The position numbers were made by a program, and so were the translations under genes. A stretch of 64,000 nucleotides of DNA, taken from contig OZ024743.1 in the NCBI GenBank assembly GCA_964016885.1, positions 273,110,001 through 273,174,000 of the forward strand, in the 5' to 3' direction. How positions within the stretch are numbered: the stretch's first letter is position 1; each line of letters starts with the position of its first letter. Of the stretch, positions 28,177 to 39,374 are shown piece by piece. Below the pieces are notes generated by a model that worked only from the letters and a program-made list of their open reading frames with translations, was not told where the DNA came from and did not search any database. Source of the stretch: Eledone cirrhosa. Lineage: Eukaryota.

Positions 28177-30369
28177 AGCTGATGCATGACATACCCTGAC
28201 ATAGTAAGATTCAATGATGTTAGTGAATAATATATGACAAAACTCAATATTTATATACCTTAATATTGAAAACATGAAAAGAACAACATATAATACATAT
28301 AATAGAGAGGGTGCGTGTGAGAAAGCTTAAAATAATGCATGGCAGCAATATAACTGTTAAAGATTCAAATAATTTAAATTACTGAAGAAAGAGGAAAGAA
28401 AAGAAAGGCATATAGGAGAAACAGATGTGGGGATAATATAGTTAGTAGGAGCCTAGAAAACAAAAGAGAGTTGATTACAGAGAGAGAGAGATAAAGAGGA
28501 ATAACTTTTATAATGTAATAATATAGGGAGATATTAAGTTAGAACAACAATTGGGCTTAGCTTTTGGAAAAGAAAAGATACAATTCATTGAATTATTGAA
28601 ATATCTAAAAATATTCATCAATCGGAAATTTTAAATATAATTGGGTGTATTCATATGAAGGTTAATATCAAGTCTTTAGACAACTATCTATATATACAAT
28701 ATATATCCAAACATACCTGGTTGACCGTTAACATTCAAATCATTTAATTTGAGTTAGTTCAGAGTAATGAATAATATTTTAGGTTATAAAAGTTAATAAA
28801 TATATGTATTAATATTAAAGTATACTATCATATTTAATTCATAAAATCAAATTTTATGAAATCAAATTTAAAGGATTTACGAGAAAGAAAACATAATGTT
28901 TTTACAACCTCACGAAGGTAAACTTACTAAATTTATTATATAATATTAAATTATTTATATTATATTGAAAATAGTTTATATTATATAATTTAGAAAATAA
29001 TTACAGTTATAATTTTTAAAGAATTTTAAGATTAACAATTTGAATGCCTAGGGGATCAACAGGCCTTATAATTAACCTTAAAAAAAGCTTGACTATTAAA
29101 TTATATATATGCGTTTATCAAATACACAAAATTATATTGTCCAAAGACTTAAGATGATACCTCCCAATTAGACATAACCTAATACAATACAATAAATAAG
29201 TTACTGAAAATATTGTGCAAATTAATGTTTTAGATCGATTATTGTAGCGAATGGCAATATTAATTAATAGAACCTTAGTTATTGAATGGTATTTTATTTG
29301 GCTCCAGAAAGATAAAAGCGAAAGTTGATCTCGGCGGGACTTGAACTCAAAATATTGCGAACCAAAACAAATGCCAAAAATCATTTTGCCCGCATAATAA
29401 ATAAGAGAACATGACTCACTTAGCAACATTTCTTTAACTGTGGAGGGGTGCTGTTTAGTTTTCTAGTCAATTCTATTGGCAAAATAATGGCTTTTCGTGG
29501 GAAAAAAGCAAGAATAGACAATAAAAAGATGCAACACACATGAAATACCAGCGTACTTTCTTGTAACATGAAATAGAAAAACGAATCAGTATGTATCAAT
29601 TTATTCTTATTTGACTCAGCTGTACCACATTAAAGAATACTTGCTACGTCAAAATTTGATGCAGAAGTTTACATAGATGCTTACAAACCAGATAAGTAAG
29701 ATACTTTGGTGAATATAGAAAAGATAATTTAGAATTCCTTTAAAGCAATATCAAGCCATATTAGGAAATATTTAAGACAAATTTCAGTCGAATACGCAAT
29801 GTAAAATATTGTTGTATGAAATACAGTTTATACGAAAAGATAAATGGATGGGATTTACTCAAAGATATAATTGCCTCATTAGGCTTGATTTGTATTTTAT
29901 TCACCTTTAGTCAGTAGAAAGCAAAAGACTATACTGCTGTCTTATAATTGTATGTTCTTCTGTCAATGCAATAAAAAATAGTTTCAGCATAAATAGCGAT
30001 ATTTGCATTAAATGCACACAATATTTGATATACCACGTGTATTTCGAATTTTGCAAATATCGTATACTCGGAAAAATAATTTAACTTCCAACTCACGGCA
30101 ATGACTATAAATTCCAGTAAACATGGAATAATACTATGATTACTTGCCATTATACTTCCTGATAAAGTAAGGTTTTGTTATAAACACTAATGCACATTTG
30201 TGAAATTATCAAAACTGAACGAGGGCATCTTTTCTTCTTTCATACTTAGAGTATACATTTAACTTTTTTGAATGTTGGCAAAATAAAATTTTCTACGCTT
30301 GAGGTGTTATCTTTATCTAAAATATCTAAAGTTAAATATTGAGGAAAATATCGCTGACGTTTTTCTTTA

Positions 30370-30572
30370 ATCGCAATATATATATCTTAAAATCGCAATA
30401 TAAAATCCTCATAATATATATCTTAAAATCGCAATATAAAATCCTCATAATATATATCTTAAAATCGCAATATAAAATCCTCATAATATATATCTTAAAA
30501 TCGCAATATAAAATCCTCATAATATATATCTTAAAATCGCAATATAAAATCCTCATAATATATATCTTAAAA
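30370..30572. repeat. 36-bp minisatellite, ~5.5 perfect copies
   Basis: Unit ATATATATCTTAAAATCGCAATATAAAATCCTCATA. Confidence 0.95.
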
Positions 30573-30574
30573 TA

Positions 30575-30785
30575 CAGGTGTTTTTAAATATTTGATATCC
30601 TTTGTGATGTAAATATCTCAGAAACTATACTGTCTTGGACAAGATGACTGAGCAGGCTTAATGGTGAGCATTATAAAAGTTATTCCTCAAACCTTGCTAG
30701 CACTATAACACTAATTCAAAATATATATTGTAATATGACTACTTTGGGAACAGGACAATGATCTAAAATATTTTGAAACAACCTG
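30575..30785. mobile_element. Tc1/mariner-type MITE
   Basis: TA-flanked imperfect TIRs CAGGTGTTTTTAAATAT / CAGGTTGTTTCAAAATAT. Confidence 0.6.
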
Positions 30786-31272
30786 TATATAAGTGAAGGT
30801 GCATGGCTTAGTGGTTAGTAGGTAGGGCCTGCAATTGTTATTGTTGTTGCGAAAACTAAACCCCCATGATTCAAACTAGCAATCCCAACCTTTAGAATAA
30901 GCCACCTAAACCTTAACATACCGAATCTACAACTTCACTTAATACCAGCTACCATTTGTTCCAGAATTCGCTGACCTGAATAAGAAATCGTTATTAATTC
31001 GTATTGTACGGGATCTTACAGGTGTTATTTTAAATTGACGACTTTCGATGAACGATAAATGCATCTAATCAGATATATCTCTAACAAAATATATTCTAAT
31101 CGTTATGCAAATTAGATTGACAATTTCGTTTGGCTTTAATAAATGTGAGCTGTGATGCTTTGTTTTTGGCGTGTTACATATTTACGCTTTTCTTGGAGTT
31201 AAAAGTTAAAATTATAGTTATACCTATATAAAACTTATGTGAAATATAAAACGTTGTAGTTTGCTTGAAGCA

Positions 31273-31610
31273 TTGTATATAATATATAACGTTGAAAGAG
31301 ATAGAAGGCTAAACAATGCAAAATGGACTGTAAGATGAGGTAACGAAAGTAAGTTACCTGGTAATATTTGTTTTATTTTTTGTTGGTGTCGTTCTTTTTT
31401 TTTCCAATATTTCCGAACCTAAAAGTTCAATGAAAGTTTCTTAAACCGCGAAGAAGGGACTTTTAGGTCCCAAAAATTTGGACAGAAAAAAAAGAAGAAG
31501 AACAACAAAAAAAACAATACAAAAATTAACAGGTAACTTACATTTCGTTACCTCATCTTACAATCCATTTTGCATTGTTTAGCCTTCTATCTCTTTCAAT
31601 GTTATATATA
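31273..31610. repeat. Long imperfect inverted repeat
   Basis: TTGAAAGAGATAGAAGGCTAAACAATGCAAAATGGA... mirrored at 31530-31610. The inner arms are more diverged. Confidence 0.9.
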
Positions 31611-32183
31611 AAATATGTTTTGCTGCATATAAATTATTTAATATTTTATATATGTGTAATAACCCTGAACCAAATAGTGGAATGAGTGATGCCTTTATAT
31701 GATTTGAATCGCCGTTATCTAATCTGGTTTATCTTGCAGTTAACTTCCGGCAGATTATGAAAGATAGGTTTTTTTTAAAATGAAATCAGGCCCTCAGATA
31801 ATTATACAAAATATTATTAGTCACCAATTGAGCTATCTCTGAGATAGCTCAATTGTAGACTAAAATATATCTTATCCGCTAAGAACGTGATTTTTTTTAG
31901 AATGGAACCTTATTTTTATCTTTCATTAGCAATATTTGAACATTTGATATATAACGTAACAGATAACATACTATTGTGCAACGAGTGTTTTAATATCTTA
32001 TTTCGATAGTATTTGAAAATTCAATAATATTTAACATCTTCATTTAATATCTCAAAGAAAGTAAATATTTTAGGAGTATTCATTTAAATCAATGACAAAC
32101 ATTTCACGAACACTATGGTGGTGGTGTATTGTTACAAAGTGTAAATGAATCTAATAATTATTCCTCTCAGGCTACAATACACA

Positions 32184-32308
<125 letters not shown>

Positions 32309-35009
32309 TTGTCACCTCCCATACACGAACGTGCGATATAGCGTAGATGTACTATGGACATAGAATAAATCACGCTCTGAAATCCCCCATGCGAACGTTT
32401 AAACCATTCAATGATATATTTGATCTAAGTAGTAACATCTTTTATGTACAACCACACGCTATAAATTCGAAGACGGGTTTGACATTTATAGTGTGCAGAA
32501 TATCTATTTATTTTTTGTTATTATGCTACCGATTTTGTATGACAACATACGTCACTGAATATGCGACGAGCATGCGCATGCGCGTAATTTCTCTCTTCAT
32601 ACCCTTCTCCCTTTCACTCTCTACCCAATCCTTCTCCTACATATACACTGAGAAATATTCGAATCATTGAATAGGCTAAACAAATATTTCTTTGAATTCG
32701 AATTCCTGATGTTACTGCATCTACCTCTATACACATGCAAACATTTAAGTATTTAATCTCTGTGTTTATGCTGAATGACAAATGGCAGTTGCCAGTTTGT
32801 TTTCCGTCGTTGGATTTGTACTATCTTATGAGAAGACGTTCCCATAGTAATCGGCTTTCTTATGTATGTGCTATCACATAGACAACTCTTCATACGGTAA
32901 AACTTGTGAAAGACTGGTGTTTCAGTGGAATATATGTATATTGTCAAAACAGACGCAAGACCTGAATCTTTTAATTTATTTTATTATACTCCCTTTGCTA
33001 GCCACAGGAACACTACAAAAAGGTTTCAGAATTACTTCTCATAAAAACTCATGCTAAAATTATATTCAATGAGATATTTTCTCGAATATACCAAATATTC
33101 TGCACTTGTATTTAGTTATTTAACAGACCATAATTTTTTGTTTTCAATTATTGTGTTATAATAATTTATGGCGATATGAATAATGAGATAGTTGTATGTT
33201 TAGTACCCAACACTTTATACAAAAGATTGTTCCTTCAGCTCCATAAATGCATAGAGGTCTCTTAATTCGGTTTGTCATAGACTTTCCCTCTAGACTTCTC
33301 TCAACATTTGTATTATTTTCTGTTATGAAATAAATTACAACCCATTAAGCAAAAATGCCTTGTGCCTTTTCAAGTCAGCTATACGTGAATAATATCAGTA
33401 TTACGCAATTAACTTGGTAAGCAGCAGCATAAAGTAAAAAGCTATATTACATCATTGAAAGTGTTACTATCATTGAAAAGAGCATGCATTGCCCAAATTC
33501 TGATAAACTAATCTGTAAAACTGTCTATTATTTACATCTGGGCGGCAAACGATAACTGATCAGTCGTATTATTCTTCCTTCAAATGGTGGTGCAGCTGCC
33601 CAATTTGTAGAATGCCGGTCTTAAAAGATTGTGTTTCATCACCCTATATATACAATTTTGTTTCCACCGTGATTGGTCATCTTTGATATTTACTGTTCGG
33701 TCCGGTAAATATCATTTTTATACAAGGAAGCAAGGAAATGACTATTAACCTTTGTTAGAGTAATCTTTAATTCCCTATCTCTATATATTTATGTATGAGT
33801 ACATCTTATGTCGTTAATTATAATGTTACTGTGATTGTGAAACACTTCAAGCAAGTATTTCAAGATGTAAAACCAATTGCCGGGAATTGATAATTATTTT
33901 ATCAACAGATGTTTCCCACTCTGGAAGGAATATAAGAGTATACATAATTGAAAAAAATAAATAAATAATTGTCTGCTCTGATAACAGTGTTTTTGTATTT
34001 TGTTTTTTAGTGAAAGTATCATAAACAATTAGACACATGACAAAAGTGTTTCTGTTATTTGTTTGATCATACAAACAGCGTTGACTCCTTTACGATTAGT
34101 AGGCAATACACAAAAGAAATAATCCATTGTATAGGAATTAGGCGGCCAACCTAATGTTTTACAATTCAAGAGTTTTAACTTTATTGATAATGGAACTTCC
34201 AATGAAATGAAGGGAAATTGTTTCACAAACTGGATCTGGTTTGCTGGATGCATACCGATTGTTCTCAAAATGTATATTGATTTAACGTCATTCAGCAAAG
34301 GCACCCCAGGTTGATTGATAACATATTGTGAGGTATGTTCCTTTTGTTGTTCTTTTCACCCCAGGGAAAGACCAGAGATTTCATCTAAGCATGGATTAGG
34401 AGAAAGGTAGAATGAAATTAACGTTAAAAATCTCTATTTGCATTAACTTTCAAGATAGCAAATATAGACTGGCAAAATATAATTTAGAAAAGATATGATT
34501 AGAAAATGGTGGCAATGGAATACAGTAAATAAAATTAAACAAAACAAGATTATAGAAAGAAATCGATAAAAATATTAAAATGAATTATCGCCAACATTAG
34601 GAAACCGTTGCGCCGACAATTACTAGAAATGTTCATTATTAGAACTGGGTAATTGCTGGCCTTGTGCCTAAAGTAGAAACAATTATTAGAACGTGGAAAC
34701 GTTCGAACAAGAAAGCTTACTAAGAAGAATGGAAAGACTGAGTGTTGGGTCTCCCTTTCTTTACTGACTGGTTATCTCAACGTTTAGTTGAAAAGAATGT
34801 ACCCCAAGCGTTAGAATTTTCACATCTCACGAGCATTCAACATATCAAGAAGCTATGAACATTTGGTTTAAATCAGATTGTTTTAACCACTCAATAGAGA
34901 TATTTTAATTCAATCGTTACGATACAGGACTGGTAGCTATTTAATCAAAACGAATATCAGAATAACTTTGAGCCCATATTCGTATCTTTCTATAAGACTT
35001 TGCATACAA

Positions 35010-35044
<35 letters not shown>

Positions 35045-35156
35045 TAAAAGGAATTCCAACATTGTCTGATTTACTCGTTTTATTTACAATCCTTTAAAAT
35101 GTGTAATGGTATTAGAATGAAATAGTATTGTAGAATATTATATGTTAAGTGTTAAT

Positions 35157-35195
35157 TGAACAAGTACTTTCATGCTTTCGCAATCTTCAGGTTCA
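35157..35195 (-). ncRNA. Minimal hammerhead ribozyme motif
   Basis: UGAAC CUGAAGA UUGC-GAAA-GCAU GAAA GUAC UU GUUCA. Confidence 0.8.
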
Positions 35196-35283
35196 CATTC
35201 TGTGGTGACAGTCAAGTTTACAATTTTCAACTGTCGCATAATTCACAGTTGAAAATTGCAAACTTGACTGTCACCACAGGAAA

Positions 35284-35322
35284 TGAACCTGAAGATTGCG
35301 AAATCATGAAAGTACTTGTTCA
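35284..35322 (+). ncRNA. Mirror hammerhead motif on the opposite hairpin arm
   Basis: UGAAC CUGAAGA UUGC-GAAA-UCAU GAAA GUAC UU GUUCA (one extra stem II mismatch). Confidence 0.7.
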
Positions 35323-35470
35323 ATTAACACTTAACATGTAATATTCTACCATACTATTTCATTCTAATACCATTATACATTTTAAAGGATTGTAAATAAA
35401 ACAAGTAAATCAGACAAATTTGGAATTCCTTTTATTAATATAATCTTCTATACACAATCATACGCATTCT

Positions 35471-36514
35471 TTCTTCTAACTTTCATTTTGTACCTAATTA
35501 TGTATGTTTAGCTATATGTCTAGACAATTTCTACAGGCTATCAGAAATACTAGGTAAATATTCTGTGGCTGTGAATCGCGGATAAAAAAGCTATCATTTA
35601 TTTATCTATTATTTTTCATAAGTATATTTTAAACTTATGGCCTCCTTTAAATGATTTTTTGAATGGTTGATTATGCTGATTGGGAGACGAAATACTGTAT
35701 ATATTTTATCTAATGATTCTATGGACTTATTTTCTTATATATTACTCTGATTGTTAATTATTTAATTAATTCGTCATTGAGCAACACCGTGAATGGTTGC
35801 CAAAAATATATATATATATATATACTATGGTTCTGTCTAGTTTATATGTATATAAACTTTTAAATTTTAAATACTCCCGTAAGATTGAGTAAAGCTTTAG
35901 GCAGTATTGGGCTGCGCTTCCTAGCAACCTGCCTACTCGCCGACAGGCACCAATCACAAGCTTTCTGACAAGACCACTGGCCACGTGACAATTCTTAGCC
36001 ATTTGGAATTCGTTTCTGGCGGGGATCATTTAAGAAAAATCTTTGTCCAATTGATTTTATCTCCTGATGATTTCCAAACTCGTTGATTTATCCAAGATCG
36101 GATATATCCAAAAAGAGAATGAAATCCCCGGGGGTAGAGATATATGTTAATGATTTTGGTATGTTTATGTACATTTTTCTTCTAACTTTGATTTTGTACC
36201 TAATTATGTATGGTTACCTATATGTCTAGTCAATTTGTACAGGCTATCAGAAATACTAGGTAAATTTTGTGTGGCTGTGAATCGCGGATAAAAAGCTATC
36301 ATTTATTTATCTATTATTTCTTCATAAGTATATTTTAAACTTATAGCCTCGTTTAAATGATTTTTTGTATGGTTCATTATGTTGATTGGGAGAAGAAATA
36401 CTGTATATATTTTATCTAATAATTCTATGGAATTATTTTCTTATATATTGCTCTGATTGTTAATTATTTAATTAATTCGTAATTGAGCCACCCCGTGAAT
36501 GGTTGCCAAAAACA

Positions 36515-36558
<44 letters not shown>

Positions 36559-36590
36559 GCTCTGTCTAGTTTACATGTATGTAAACTTTT

Positions 36591-36595
<5 letters not shown>
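35471..36595 (+). repeat. Partial tandem repeat, ~706-bp unit (~1.6 copies), containing an HHR
   Basis: 35471-35866 is repeated at 36177-36595. Confidence 0.88.
36058..36142 (+). ncRNA. Hammerhead ribozyme motif inside a ~706-bp tandem unit
   Basis: UAUCUC CUGAUGA UUUC...GAAU GAAA UCCCCGGGGG UA GAGAUA. Confidence 0.8.
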
Positions 36596-36622
<27 letters not shown>

Positions 36623-36627
<5 letters not shown>

Positions 36628-39359
36628 GTGTGCCATAAAAAGCAAGGTCACAATACTAACGTTCCCTGTGTAATTTCCCATTATAAATGCCCCAAATAAA
36701 ACATATTTTGTATAAAATAAATTATGTTGAGCTTTGCCTATATCATGGTGATTATAGTGGAAAGTGCGATTATGTTGCTTGAAATCATGAAAATGTGAAA
36801 CCAAATAGGACCATACAATAATTGTTTATTTTATTAATCCATTATATTTAGTAAACCAGCTTTGAATATAAAGGCGTACAAGGAAGAACAAGTTCAGTTA
36901 AGTTAACTCCAGTCATATTTTTTCAGAGTTTCTTTTTTGAAATCCGGGACCTTGCGACGGTGAGCTTCGACTACTTGAAGAACACACTGCTTCTCTTCCT
37001 CATTTTTGGAGATGGCAACACAATCATTTATCAACTTGACTGCTCTCTCCGCCAGTTGACTACCTTGATATTGTGAACAAGAGCACAGGCATTTTGATAT
37101 GACGCTTGTGATGACCTAGTTGCAGGTGACAGCTCAAACCAAGTATCGTCGAGACCAATGAGATCGAACAGAAGCCTTGATTCTTCCCAACTAGATGAGG
37201 CAACTTCGTGGACGACTTCAACTCGAGAAATACTGGAGCACCACGGTCGAGAGGCCCAGACGTTTTCGTTTTGACAAGAAATTGGGCTATTTATTTCTTC
37301 TTGGACTCTTGGACCCGACTTGAAAACAGCGCTAGCGGAATGACTTCTTCCGTCAGGTACCAAAGATGCCTGCTCAGAGCAATAGTGGCTGCCTGCGAGA
37401 GATCTCTGTCAACCTTACTGTACTGTGTCAACTCCACGTAGAATTGAAGGTCATTGGATGGCGCATCAGCACACTTAACTGCTGTCAGCACGTAGAACAG
37501 AGCATTGAATATACAGATCCGGCGCAACTTTTCCATTTTAGCTTGATTGTAATTGAGTCGCTCACCAAATGCATACATCTTTGCACTATAGATGATTGTG
37601 GACATCCACCGAGCGTTATTATGTGCACCAGGCAGCATCCAATGAATTCCACGAGGTGGGGTGACACCAGGCAAGATTAACATCAACTCGGCACATTCTC
37701 GGTAATCGTCCCGTGGAAGAGAACTCATTTTCCCATCGTCGGATGTCAGGAAATCTTGGAGGAACTTGATGTTCTCAGAACACAGACACTTGAGTCTCCG
37801 GTCGACAATGTTCAATGTTTTAAAGTTGGTCTTGTCCATGAGTGACACCCAATCTTTTTTGAACTCCTTGAACTCTGGGGTGTCTGGACTGGACATTGCT
37901 CCGAATAGTTGTTGCCACACTGCACACAAGATACGCTCCATGACATGGTGCCGACAAGAAAAATAAAACACTGTTGAGCATCTCTTCTAGTTTCACGCAG
38001 GCACCATTTTTCCATCCAGAATTCGAAGCAGTTGTGTCGAAGACCAAGCCCACCACAGACCCATCAACATTCCAATCTTTAACAAGATCAAATGATGCTT
38101 TGGTTTGGGTGGTTCCAGTGCTATCAGGAATTATGGGAACACCGAGGAGTTTACCTTCTCTGAAGTCCAGAATTCCAGAAACTAGTACACCTAGCCTCTC
38201 GTGGTCACCAGGAATTATTTTGCCATCCCAATGCCATGTAACAAAGTCTGGTAGAGCAAATCGTTCCTTTATGTGTTCAGCCCCCACAGTTCTGATCTTA
38301 GCTGTATGTCTGCTACTATTCTTGGAGAGAGTTGTGGTGTCTATGTCAGTCCCACCCTCAGAAATAATCGATGCCATAAATGCTGTTCTCTGGCCCGGTG
38401 TCAGGTTTAAACGATCAGCCATTGGAGAAATGTTTGGACTTTGAAAAGTATTCTTTGGGAGTTCCAGCTGGATTTTTCGTTTGTTGTCTGATTTTGAGCT
38501 GTCTCTGGGTGGGTTTGAGGCCTGAAATTTAGGATCCTGTTCATCTTCAGTTTCATCATTGGTTGAAATTGAATCACTCAGTCCATTACGTAGAAGTTGG
38601 GCTGCTACAGATCCTGACAAACACTTTCTATGGTTCTCTGACTCTCGACGAGCCACAGAAACCTGATCACGCTTAAACTTTGAAGATACCCTTTTTGGGT
38701 AACCCTTGTCTTTAGTACCCAGAGATACTTTTTTCTGGCACCGCATCTTCCATTTTCTGTTCATTATTACGAAGACGGTCTTTCGAAATTTTCTTTTCAG
38801 CATCAGTATGTGCAATGTAGAAATACGAATCCAATTCAGAAATAAATAGTGCTTCTTCTTTGTTTGACTTAGAACCTTTATTTTTTTGTAAATTTCTTTA
38901 TTCACTGTACCTGTTCATAATTTTCAGTTTCACTTTGTCTTTTCGTTGAGTCGCCACACCAGCTTTTCCCCACTGACTAACTACATCCATCACAAGCCTA
39001 TCCGCAATAGCACCATTGAAGCTCACACGCATTTCGTGTTTCATAGGACCATCTTTCAGGTAGAAGAAATATCTTAGAATATCCCCCTTTGTTGGTAATT
39101 TGTTTGGTGAAAAGGATGTAACATATTGCCCCAGGAGCCATATTTCTCGATCATCACAACGGAGCGAGTAGCTACAATTAGGCCACTGGTTTCCGCTATT
39201 ATTCTGCCAATTTCCAACTATTAGGCAAGGCTTAAATTAGTCTGAAATAATCAACATTATATTAGAAATTGATAATATACAAAATGACATGAGAAAATGC
39301 ATAGGGAGCTAAGAAAAAAACACTTTTATGTAACATGTGGGATTCTGGAAACACCCTAA
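36623..39359 (-). mobile_element. hATm-like DNA transposon (hAT superfamily) inserted in (TA)n
   Basis: Imperfect TIRs TTAGAGTGTGCCA / TTAGGGTGTTTCCA, TA runs on both sides, and an internal transposase. Confidence 0.8.
36905..39200 (-). pseudogene. hATm-type DDE transposase, frameshifted
   Basis: LPTKGDILRYFF (N-terminal), HWDGK, FDTTASNSG..GAC, CRHH (CxxH), PRDDYRE, PGAHNNARWM, RHLWYLTEE, LQVVEAHR. ORFs 37820-38905 and 37291-37971 overlap across a frameshift. Confidence 0.9.
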
Positions 39360-39374
39360 TATATATATATATGT

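Larger units (their letters stand above)
35037..35441. repeat. Long inverted repeat (arms ~195 bp, loop ~10 nt)
   Basis: TTAATAAAAGGAATTCCAA... / ...TTGGAATTCCTTTTATTAA, centred near 35240. Confidence 0.95.

Noticed and set aside
30370-30572. 36-bp repeat as a CRISPR array or repeat protein
   Set aside because: Units are contiguous with no spacers, the context is eukaryotic and no cas genes are present. It is a plain minisatellite.
31325-31365. AAGATGAG..CGAAAG as a hammerhead
   Set aside because: The core lacks CUGA and the GAAA lies inside a GGTAAC/GTTACC hairpin loop.
32338-32732. MITE with TAGATG-containing termini
   Set aside because: The terminal inverted match is short and imperfect, with no second copy or clear TSD.
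34355-34357. In-frame TGA as selenocysteine in the candidate exon
   Set aside because: No recognisable selenoprotein motif or SECIS, and the exon itself is unproven.
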